Below are positions 8,421 through 16,367 of a DNA stretch of 30,570 nucleotides, piece by piece. This stretch comes from Candidatus Sungbacteria bacterium RIFCSPHIGHO2_02_FULL_52_23. GTDB lineage: Bacteria; Patescibacteriota; Minisyncoccia; Sungbacterales; HO2-52-23. Positions within the stretch are counted from its first letter, which is position 1; every line of letters begins with the position of its first letter. The DNA is taken from assembly GCA_001820655.1 (NCBI GenBank), contig MHQM01000025.1, positions 1 to 30,570 of the forward strand, in the 5' to 3' direction. The translations under genes were made by a program, and so were the position numbers. Under the pieces are notes generated by a model that did not search any database, was not told the DNA's origin, and saw nothing but the letters and a program-made list of their open reading frames with translations.

Positions 8421-8745
8421 AGTATTGCAAATAAAGGATATTGCGACCGCAGGGTTGAACGCGCTTCGCGCGTACTGACCCGCCACAAGCCGCGGGATAT
8501 TGACCCTTTTGATGCGTCGTCGCTCGAGAGAAGCGTAAGCAAGCTCACATTTCTCTCTTTGCTCGCCGCAATAAGTTGAAAGAAATCGCGTCTGTCAGAA
8601 AAAACGCAAGCCGTGCAACAAAAGGATAGCATGCGGCGAAGGACTTGCACAATATCATTTTTTGTGGCACAAATCCTGAATCAGACGCTTTGAATCTTAT
8701 GCGTCCGAAGGAAGTCGTTCCCTGACAATTTATATCATCTCCCCG

Positions 8746-8753
8746 AAAGGAGG
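8746..8753 (+). promoter_or_regulatory. Strong Shine-Dalgarno site of the cas12 gene
   Basis: AAAGGAGG 6 nt upstream of the GTG start at 8760. Confidence 0.75.
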
Positions 8754-8759
8754 CGCATC

Positions 8760-11327
8760 GTGGACAACGCGAATAAGCCCAGTACCAAATCCTTGGTCAA
8801 CACGACTCGCATCAGCGATCACTTTGGGGTAACTCCCGGGCAGGTCACGCGCGTATTCTCTTTTGGCATAATACCGACAAAGAGACAATACGCCATTATA
8901 GAACGGTGGTTTGCCGCGGTAGAGGCCGCGCGTGAGCGACTCTATGGAATGCTCTATGCGCATTTCCAAGAAAATCCCCCTGCCTACCTGAAAGAAAAAT
9001 TTTCGTACGAGACATTTTTCAAAGGCAGACCCGTACTTAACGGCCTCCGTGATATTGATCCCACGATCATGACATCTGCCGTTTTTACGGCACTACGGCA
9101 CAAGGCCGAAGGCGCGATGGCCGCATTCCACACCAACCACCGACGGCTTTTTGAGGAAGCCCGGAAGAAAATGCGGGAATACGCCGAATGCCTGAAGGCC
9201 AATGAGGCATTGCTCCGGGGTGCGGCGGACATAGATTGGGACAAAATTGTCAACGCCCTGCGTACCCGCCTCAATACCTGTCTGGCACCCGAGTACGATG
9301 CGGTGATTGCGGATTTTGGCGCACTGTGCGCATTCCGGGCGCTCATTGCAGAAACAAACGCTCTAAAAGGCGCGTACAACCACGCGCTCAATCAGATGCT
9401 TCCCGCTCTTGTGAAAGTGGATGAGCCGGAAGAAGCCGAGGAGTCGCCCCGTCTCCGATTCTTCAATGGGCGGATCAACGACCTTCCGAAATTTCCCGTT
9501 GCCGAGCGCGAGACGCCGCCGGATACCGAGACGATCATCCGGCAACTGGAAGATATGGCGCGGGTCATACCGGACACTGCCGAAATCCTCGGCTATATCC
9601 ATCGCATAAGGCATAAAGCCGCGCGCCGGAAGCCCGGAAGCGCCGTACCGCTACCCCAACGCGTCGCTCTCTACTGTGCGATCCGCATGGAAAGGAATCC
9701 CGAAGAAGATCCGTCAACGGTCGCCGGGCATTTCCTCGGCGAAATTGATCGGGTATGCGAAAAGCGCCGTCAAGGACTTGTCCGCACGCCTTTTGACAGC
9801 CAGATCAGGGCAAGATACATGGATATCATCTCTTTTCGCGCGACGCTCGCGCATCCTGACCGGTGGACCGAGATCCAGTTCCTCCGGAGCAATGCGGCAA
9901 GCAGAAGAGTACGCGCCGAGACAATATCGGCCCCGTTTGAAGGGTTTTCATGGACGAGCAACCGGACAAATCCCGCGCCTCAGTACGGCATGGCGCTTGC
10001 CAAAGACGCTAATGCTCCGGCCGATGCCCCGGAGTTGTGTATCTGTCTTTCTCCATCATCTGCCGCATTCTCTGTCAGAGAAAAAGGAGGAGATTTGATC
10101 TATATGAGACCGACCGGCGGCAGACGAGGCAAAGACAATCCGGGCAAAGAGATCACCTGGGTACCCGGATCTTTTGACGAGTACCCCGCATCCGGTGTAG
10201 CACTGAAACTCCGCCTTTATTTCGGCAGATCACAGGCGCGCAGAATGCTCACCAATAAAACGTGGGGCCTCTTGTCGGATAATCCGCGCGTATTCGCCGC
10301 CAACGCCGAGCTGGTGGGAAAAAAAAGAAATCCCCAAGACCGGTGGAAGTTATTCTTCCATATGGTAATCAGCGGACCTCCTCCGGTGGAGTATCTGGAT
10401 TTCTCCTCCGATGTGCGTTCCCGGGCCCGAACCGTCATCGGGATAAACCGCGGCGAGGTCAATCCGCTTGCCTATGCCGTGGTGTCTGTAGAGGATGGCC
10501 AAGTGCTTGAGGAGGGTCTTCTCGGCAAAAAAGAGTACATAGACCAGTTGATAGAGACCAGACGCCGGATCAGCGAGTACCAATCCCGCGAACAAACCCC
10601 GCCCCGCGATTTACGCCAGAGGGTCCGGCATCTGCAGGATACGGTTTTGGGAAGCGCCCGGGCAAAGATCCATTCGCTGATCGCATTCTGGAAGGGTATC
10701 CTCGCGATAGAACGGCTGGATGACCAGTTCCATGGCAGGGAGCAAAAGATTATTCCCAAAAAGACCTACCTTGCCAATAAAACGGGCTTTATGAACGCGT
10801 TGAGTTTTTCCGGCGCGGTCCGCGTTGACAAAAAAGGCAACCCATGGGGAGGTATGATAGAGATTTATCCGGGCGGCATTTCCCGCACCTGCACACAGTG
10901 CGGAACCGTCTGGCTTGCGAGGCGACCGAAAAATCCCGGACACCGCGACGCCATGGTGGTCATTCCCGATATCGTGGATGATGCGGCCGCAACGGGGTTT
11001 GACAACGTGGATTGCGATGCAGGCACTGTGGATTACGGGGAACTTTTTACGCTCAGTAGAGAGTGGGTCCGGCTGACTCCGCGTTATAGTCGCGTCATGC
11101 GGGGGACATTGGGAGACCTTGAACGGGCGATCCGGCAAGGAGATGATCGCAAGAGCAGACAAATGCTCGAGCTTGCGCTTGAGCCGCAACCGCAATGGGG
11201 GCAGTTTTTTTGCCACCGATGCGGATTCAACGGACAGTCCGACGTGCTGGCCGCGACCAATCTGGCGCGGCGCGCCATATCTTTGATCAGGCGCCTGCCG
11301 GATACTGATACTCCCCCAACCCCTTGA
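8760..11327 (+). CDS. Type V CRISPR effector, CasX/Cas12e-like, 855 aa, RuvC-I D>N (probably nuclease-dead)
   Basis: C-terminal split RuvC: VIGINRGEVNP (N563; CasX has IG(V/I)DRGENIP), LAIERL (E651), SRTCTQCG...FFCHRCG Zn fingers, QSDVLAATNLARR (D828). A CRISPR array lies 213 bp downstream. Confidence 0.88.
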   Translation: MDNANKPSTKSLVNTTRISDHFGVTPGQVTRVFSFGIIPTKRQYAIIERWFAAVEAARERLYGMLYAHFQENPPAYLKEKFSYETFFKGRPVLNGLRDIDPTIMTSAVFTALRHKAEGAMAAFHTNHRRLFEEARKKMREYAECLKANEALLRGAADIDWDKIVNALRTRLNTCLAPEYDAVIADFGALCAFRALIAETNALKGAYNHALNQMLPALVKVDEPEEAEESPRLRFFNGRINDLPKFPVAERETPPDTETIIRQLEDMARVIPDTAEILGYIHRIRHKAARRKPGSAVPLPQRVALYCAIRMERNPEEDPSTVAGHFLGEIDRVCEKRRQGLVRTPFDSQIRARYMDIISFRATLAHPDRWTEIQFLRSNAASRRVRAETISAPFEGFSWTSNRTNPAPQYGMALAKDANAPADAPELCICLSPSSAAFSVREKGGDLIYMRPTGGRRGKDNPGKEITWVPGSFDEYPASGVALKLRLYFGRSQARRMLTNKTWGLLSDNPRVFAANAELVGKKRNPQDRWKLFFHMVISGPPPVEYLDFSSDVRSRARTVIGINRGEVNPLAYAVVSVEDGQVLEEGLLGKKEYIDQLIETRRRISEYQSREQTPPRDLRQRVRHLQDTVLGSARAKIHSLIAFWKGILAIERLDDQFHGREQKIIPKKTYLANKTGFMNALSFSGAVRVDKKGNPWGGMIEIYPGGISRTCTQCGTVWLARRPKNPGHRDAMVVIPDIVDDAAATGFDNVDCDAGTVDYGELFTLSREWVRLTPRYSRVMRGTLGDLERAIRQGDDRKSRQMLELALEPQPQWGQFFCHRCGFNGQSDVLAATNLARRAISLIRRLPDTDTPPTP

Positions 11328-11352
11328 CAAGATAGCGGGATTAAGCTATCTT
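11324..11352 (+). promoter_or_regulatory. Promoter overlapping the cas12 stop codon, containing an inverted repeat
   Basis: TTGACA (11324-11329), N17, TATCTT (11347-11352). The inverted repeat AAGATAGC/GCTATCTT (11329-11336 / 11345-11352) overlaps both boxes. Confidence 0.65.
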
Positions 11353-11358
11353 CTTCCC

Positions 11359-11515
11359 CAAGCTCCTTATATAAGTAGTATCCATATAGAGGGGCCCATT
11401 GGCCGCTTTAAAATCGTTTCAACGGCCAATCCCCCGACCGGATTACCGGTCGGGTATAAAAGCTTCCTCTCATGAAAAGAGCCCTGTCTTCCTCGCGGAG
11501 ATAGGGCTCAAAAAA
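11359..11515 (+). ncRNA. Candidate tracr/scout-like RNA
   Basis: Non-coding stretch between effector and array with three hairpins (11398-11430, 8 bp; 11433-11454, 9 bp perfect; 11479-11509, 13 bp with 2 G-U) and short repeat-complementary segments. Boundaries and strand are inferred. Confidence 0.5.
11479..11509 (-). terminator. Possible intrinsic terminator for minus-strand transcription
   Basis: 13-bp stem followed on the minus strand by TTTT. On the plus strand it is followed by an A-run, so it is not a plus-strand terminator. Confidence 0.4.
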
Positions 11516-11540
11516 TTTAATGCTTGATGATCATATTCTC

Positions 11541-11764
11541 GTTTACACACTCCCTCTCATAGGGTGGCTCTTAGACGGGGCTGCTCATTACGGCTGTTGG
11601 GTTTACACACTCCCTCTCATGAGGTAACTCTTGGACTAGGCGTATCCAAGGCAACCTCGCATGTTTTTACATACCCCCTCTCATGGGATGGCTCTTAGAC
11701 GACCTCTTGGCTTCGGGGAACCTCCTGTTTACACACTCCCTCTCATGGGGGATGGCTCTTAGAC
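11541..11764. CRISPR. Degenerate CRISPR mini-array: 4 repeats (36, 36, 36, 38 nt), 3 spacers (24, 28, 26 nt)
   Basis: R1 11541-11576 GTTTACACACTCCCTCTCATAGGGTGGCTCTTAGAC; R2 11601-11636; R3 11665-11700; R4 11727-11764. Spacers 11577-11600, 11637-11664, 11701-11726. Orientation not resolved. Confidence 0.92.
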
Positions 11765-11893
11765 AGCGCCTTGAGCCTATCAAAGAGCTTTTGGGAATGT
11801 AGCGCAAAAGAATATTGAGCGCAAGAGACGCATAAAGACCAACATTTCCAGAAAGTTGGCAACGCAATGATTTATAAATCCAAATCTGCACGG

Positions 11894-13249
11894 CTATTGC
11901 GTAGCGTTTGAGATTGATCCCTTTCTTTTTTCTGCTAAAAACCTGGCCAATGCCGGCACAGCTATGCGCTCCTGTTTTGCCGTATCGCGATCGCGGACGG
12001 TTACAGTGTCGTCTTCCAATGTCTGATAATCCACGGTGATACAGTAGGGCGTGCCGATCTCGTCCTGCGCATAATAACGCTTGCCGATATTGCCGCGCGC
12101 GTCCCATGCGATACTGAATCCCCCTGCTTTGAGTTCCTTGTACACCTCGCCTGCCTTTTCCACGATCTGCGGACGGTTTGATACCAGAGGAAATACTGCG
12201 GCTTTGTAGGGCGCCAGGCGTGGCGGCAGTTTCAGATATACGCGCTTTCCTTTTTCGCTTTCCTCCTCGCGATACGCTTCAAGCAGTACCGCAAGCACTG
12301 TACGATCCACGCCCCATGTCGGCTCAATCACGTGCGGATAAAACGAATCTTCTCCTTCTTCGCGATACGGCGGCTCCTTGAAGTGATTTTTGAGGTCAAA
12401 GTCGCCGCGGTATGCGAGGCCATACAGTTCTTTTTTGCCGAACGGAAAGTCATACTCAAAATCCACCGTGCGTTTGGAGTAGTGCGCGCGCTCCCCGTCC
12501 GGGACTTCCAACTCATGCACACGCTCCATCGCGATCCCCATATCACTGATCCACGCGCGCATTTCGTTGAGCCAGTGCGCAAAATGGTCTTCCCATGATG
12601 CCTCGCGGACAAAATATTCTATCTCCATCTGCTCAAATTCGCGGGAGCGGAAGATAAAGTCGCGCGGGGTGATTTCGTTGCGGAATGCTTTGCCGATCTG
12701 CGCGATACCAAAAGGCAGAGTACGGCGCATGGTGTCCGTGATATTTTTGAAATTCACAAACATCCCCTGTGCGGTCTCGGGGCGCAAGTATGTCTGGCTT
12801 GCCGAATCCTCCACCGGGCCGACAAATGTGCGGAAAAGAAGATTGAAATTCCGCGCTTCGGAAAAATCTGCGCCCTCCGCCGCCCGGCCGTGCTCCCGCG
12901 CGTAATGTCCCGTCCATTCGTCTGTCTGATCGGCGCGAAAACGCTGATGGCATTTTTTGCACTCTACCAGAGGATCGGTAAATTCGCCGACATGGCCCGA
13001 TACTTCCCATACTTTCGGATTCATCACGATTGCAGTATCAATCCCCACCATGTCGTCGCGGGCACGCACAAATCTCCGCCACCACATTTCTTTGATGTTG
13101 TTTTTGAGCTCCACGCCCAAAGGCCCATAGTCCCAGGTACCGGCAAGCCCGCCGTATATCTCGGAAGCGGGAAAGACAAAGCCGCGCCGCTTGGCCAGGC
13201 TCACAATCTTTTCCATTGATACCGATGCATCTTCTGCGGCTTTGCTCAT
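11894..13249 (-). CDS. glyQS: Glycyl-tRNA synthetase, alpha2 (homodimeric) type
   Basis: KRRGFVFPASEIYGG, YLRPETAQG, FRNEITPRDFIFRSREFEQMEIE, HVIEPTWGVDR, DEIGTPYCITVD. Confidence 0.96.
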   Translation of the reverse strand: MSKAAEDASVSMEKIVSLAKRRGFVFPASEIYGGLAGTWDYGPLGVELKNNIKEMWWRRFVRARDDMVGIDTAIVMNPKVWEVSGHVGEFTDPLVECKKCHQRFRADQTDEWTGHYAREHGRAAEGADFSEARNFNLLFRTFVGPVEDSASQTYLRPETAQGMFVNFKNITDTMRRTLPFGIAQIGKAFRNEITPRDFIFRSREFEQMEIEYFVREASWEDHFAHWLNEMRAWISDMGIAMERVHELEVPDGERAHYSKRTVDFEYDFPFGKKELYGLAYRGDFDLKNHFKEPPYREEGEDSFYPHVIEPTWGVDRTVLAVLLEAYREEESEKGKRVYLKLPPRLAPYKAAVFPLVSNRPQIVEKAGEVYKELKAGGFSIAWDARGNIGKRYYAQDEIGTPYCITVDYQTLEDDTVTVRDRDTAKQERIAVPALARFLAEKRKGSISNATQ

Positions 13250-13267
13250 AAATAGATGCGTTTTGGC

Positions 13268-15175
13268 CTATTCCACGACATACCAGTCTTTTGGACCCGT
13301 CGCCGTATCATCATGCAGTTCCGTGGTAAACGCGTCAATACGCGCCTTGATGTCCTGTCCGGTAAACATGTCCTTGCCCGTAAAGTCCGCCTCATGCACC
13401 AGTGTCAGAGGTTTGCGGATATCGCTTGGCGCAGGGACGATGGACACCTGAAACGCGACAGTGCGCGACTGCGTCAGCACGCCTGTGCCTGCCGCCAGTC
13501 GCCCGAGACGCCAGCGCACTTCGCTCGCCGATTCGCTATAGGAGATATCGGCATCGCCCGGATACGTAGCACTCTCCCATCTGACATTGGGCGGCAGGCG
13601 CGCGACAAGTTCGCCGTTTTCTATCGCATTGGTAAAATTCCTTGCTTCCCAGATGATCACATATGTCGTCTTCTCGCCCTGCCGCGGCGGCAGAGGCCCA
13701 CTGTTTGCAATGGGAGACGCGCGAAAAACAGCGCGTCCGGCAAACAAAGCGATCGTCGCCACTTTCAACTGCGCCGTATCATCGGGGCTTAGTTTTGCGC
13801 CCGCAAGCTCCTGTGGCAAATTGGGGGTACTGATGGATGCATGCGCCCGGAGCGTCAGGTTGGTATCTGCCGATGTGCGCATCGTGGGACGCTTTTGCGT
13901 GGGAAACGAAAGGCGCAATTCTCCCGACTGTCCGGGTAAGACCTGGCGCAAAGCTTCAGTCCCGCCCGGGCCCCATATGACAGCCCCCATACGCGCATCA
14001 AAGGCTCCGCCGCTTGCGACAGTCATACTCGCCAAGTCCGCAATACTACCCTCAATGCGCGCCTGCACCGATACGTTTCGTACGGTGACCGCACTGCGGT
14101 TTGCGTACTCCACGATAACCTCCGCATTCTCGCCCGGAGTCAATACTCCGTCGCGCATGCCGTTGATCCGCGTCGTCAGCAGAAACGGAGAGGACGAAAG
14201 CGTCACTTCCTCGGTGGCCTCCCGCCATAGTCTCCATTCTTTCGTACGCTCATCAAAAAATCCCAGGCCCGCGCGAAGCGCATTTACCTCGCCGCCCATA
14301 CCGTCAAAAGCGCCCATGATGACAATCTTGTCTTCTTTGCCAGGCTCAAGCGTACCTATTTTCCAAAATAACTCTCCCACTGCGGCCTTGGGCGTAGCGC
14401 TCTCCATCTTAAACCCCGGAGGGAGATCTATTCGGAGCCATACGTCGCCAAACGGAATTTGGGAGCGCGAACTGTACCGCAGAGTCATCTCCGTCTTCTG
14501 CCGCGGATCTATGCGCGGCAAGGTTTCCCAAAAAAGTGCCAAGGGAACGCTCGCGATCGTAAATTTCTTTGACGAAGTGAACGAAAAACGCGCGCTCAAG
14601 CGCTCCGGGCGATACAAGAGAGTCACTTCCACATTTTGTCCCTCACGCTCGGCGCCAAAGAATCTCACCGTGATCTCTTTTGTCTGAACCTCGCCTGCGG
14701 CAATAGTCCCGATATGCTCAACCATGCGCGGCGTACCCAGCGGCGCAAATCCCACATCGTTTTTTATGAGCGTCCCTGCGGGGACGCCGATCGCAAGCTG
14801 TACGTCTTCTAAAGCGGCCTTGGAAGCATTGCGTATCGTCACCGGAATAGTCACCGCCTCCCCCGCTTCAATAAAATCACGGCCGCCGATCACGATCTGG
14901 GCCTCCTGCCGGTCGGCGCCAAGATAGAGATATACAAATACTCCGGCTCCGGCAAGAAAAATAGCCGCCGCCCCGATCAGAAGAAACAGGCTCGTACGAA
15001 AAGAAAACATGGGTCTAGCAGGCAAAGATTCGCCTTCCTCGTCTTTCTCGCTCCAGTCGCTCGGCACGCGCCGCCCCAAGGGCGTCAGCGGAAACCGCCG
15101 CTTTCTACGGCCGGTAAGCTCCGTGTCTTCCGCGGCACCATACAATCCCTCTTGTAATTCATCAAGCCGTCCCAT
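13268..15175 (-). CDS. Membrane-anchored hypothetical protein with predicted beta-sandwich (DUF11/Ig-like) repeats
   Basis: One TM segment near residues 62-84, then beta-rich repeats (W.IG.L.PG, T..I..R.N, LPPNVRW). No catalytic motif recognised. Confidence 0.7.
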   Translation of the reverse strand: MGRLDELQEGLYGAAEDTELTGRRKRRFPLTPLGRRVPSDWSEKDEEGESLPARPMFSFRTSLFLLIGAAAIFLAGAGVFVYLYLGADRQEAQIVIGGRDFIEAGEAVTIPVTIRNASKAALEDVQLAIGVPAGTLIKNDVGFAPLGTPRMVEHIGTIAAGEVQTKEITVRFFGAEREGQNVEVTLLYRPERLSARFSFTSSKKFTIASVPLALFWETLPRIDPRQKTEMTLRYSSRSQIPFGDVWLRIDLPPGFKMESATPKAAVGELFWKIGTLEPGKEDKIVIMGAFDGMGGEVNALRAGLGFFDERTKEWRLWREATEEVTLSSSPFLLTTRINGMRDGVLTPGENAEVIVEYANRSAVTVRNVSVQARIEGSIADLASMTVASGGAFDARMGAVIWGPGGTEALRQVLPGQSGELRLSFPTQKRPTMRTSADTNLTLRAHASISTPNLPQELAGAKLSPDDTAQLKVATIALFAGRAVFRASPIANSGPLPPRQGEKTTYVIIWEARNFTNAIENGELVARLPPNVRWESATYPGDADISYSESASEVRWRLGRLAAGTGVLTQSRTVAFQVSIVPAPSDIRKPLTLVHEADFTGKDMFTGQDIKARIDAFTTELHDDTATGPKDWYVVE

Positions 15176-15206
15176 GAATTGAAACCATAAATACTGTTAG
15201 ATTCTA

Positions 15207-15695
15207 TCATACCGCGTCGTCATATGATTTGCCATCGTCATCGCCGTCGCCGTGCCCGAGACACAAAGACAGGTTCGTATCAAATTCTTTGCGAAACAGC
15301 GCCTCGGCATCCTCGGAGAACTCGTGGCTATCAAGCGCGCGAAACGCGGCATCCGCAAGACGCCAGAGTGCAGGATCGCGTTCTCCCGCAAAACAATGCT
15401 CATCTAGGCGCGCCGCCACATATGCTGCCAGGCGCAGAGTCGCATCGCGCGAGCGCATCCGCTCGCCGAAGCGCACCAGAGACGCTCCAATGAGCTTCTC
15501 GCCGTGGCGCGCGCTTATCAGCCGCACCACGCTCAAAGAAAACGGCTCCAGATGCCCGCGCAGTTTCGCTTCATTTTTGCGTATCCCTTGCGCGCGCGCG
15601 ACTACTTTGCCGAAATCCCTCGTATACAACGCATACAAGACATCAGCCTCTCCGATATCAAGTTTTTTTAAGACAAATGCGTCGGTAGCATGCAT
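15207..15695 (-). CDS. recO: DNA repair protein RecO (short form)
   Basis: AFVLKK.DIGEAD..YALYTRDFGKV...AQGIRK...KLRGHLEPF matches the RecO N-terminal OB fold. Confidence 0.88.
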   Translation of the reverse strand: MHATDAFVLKKLDIGEADVLYALYTRDFGKVVARAQGIRKNEAKLRGHLEPFSLSVVRLISARHGEKLIGASLVRFGERMRSRDATLRLAAYVAARLDEHCFAGERDPALWRLADAAFRALDSHEFSEDAEALFRKEFDTNLSLCLGHGDGDDDGKSYDDAV

Positions 15696-15698
15696 GAT

Positions 15699-16364
15699 CT
15701 AAGAAGATATCTTCCGCCGCTTTCTATGCGTCTTTTTTTGCAAATATCCCCGCGGATTCACGGTTACAAACACCGAGTACCCGGTGTACGCCGCGCTGAC
15801 CACTGTCAGGAAAAGCACGCAGGCGACGATGAATCCCCGCGTCTGCGGCAGAAAGAATGAACTCTGCGGCATGATACCAAGCGACGCGACAATCGTAAAA
15901 AGCGACAAAATCACGGAGACTTTGAGGTACTCCAGGATGAGCGCGCGGCTGTTGAGTGATACCTCTATCTTATTCGCTTTTTCCTGCAGGTACAGATAAA
16001 TCTCCCGGCTGTTGGACGATACGATGCCGTACTCCTCGTCCGTCATCCGGTCAAACACTTCCACAAGCTCCGCATGACGCGGCAGTTCCAATCCGAGCTC
16101 GCTTCTTTCAGGATCCATGGTCGCCAAAAATTTTTGCAGATCACGCAGTATCTCCCGACTGCTCTGCTCGTTTAGCTCGGCAATCGTAGCATCGGTCGCG
16201 GCAAGCAGGCATCTTTTCATGCGCGGAATATCGCGGCCAAGCAGTCGGTCTATCTCGCCGATCCGGTAGATGACAAACGCGACCACCAGTGCTACCAGCG
16301 CCCCGAGCGTCTGCGGAATAGCGCTCAAGGTAAAAAACCAGAAATTCAGGTCTTGCATATACAT
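15699..16364 (-). CDS. Hypothetical membrane protein (about 3 TM)
   Basis: Open frame tightly packed between ileS and recO, with an N-terminal and two C-terminal hydrophobic helices. Confidence 0.65.
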   Translation of the reverse strand: MYMQDLNFWFFTLSAIPQTLGALVALVVAFVIYRIGEIDRLLGRDIPRMKRCLLAATDATIAELNEQSSREILRDLQKFLATMDPERSELGLELPRHAELVEVFDRMTDEEYGIVSSNSREIYLYLQEKANKIEVSLNSRALILEYLKVSVILSLFTIVASLGIMPQSSFFLPQTRGFIVACVLFLTVVSAAYTGYSVFVTVNPRGYLQKKTHRKRRKISS

Positions 16365-16367
16365 ATA

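Noticed and set aside
8508-8517. TTTGATGCGT resembles the reverse complement of the canonical CasX repeat end (ACGCATCAAA)
   Set aside because: Single 10-mer with no repetition, and unrelated to the repeats actually present.
8670-8730. Possible riboswitch or structured leader upstream of cas12 (GACGC/GCGTC, TCCT/AGGA stems)
   Set aside because: The stems are only 4-5 bp and match no riboswitch consensus I recognise.
8760-11327. Calling the ORF an IS200/IS605 TnpB
   Set aside because: It is about twice TnpB length, has no tnpA or recognisable IS ends, is followed by a repeat-spacer array, and has CasX-like motifs with a ~100-aa insert between the Zn fingers.
11577-11726. Self-targeting of spacers within this window
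   Set aside because: By eye I found only matches of about 7 nt or less. This is not an exhaustive search; a BLASTn-short run is needed.
11667-12107. 146-aa minus-strand ORF crossing the array and glyQS end
   Set aside because: It overlaps glyQS in another frame and the CRISPR repeats; no protein-like signal.
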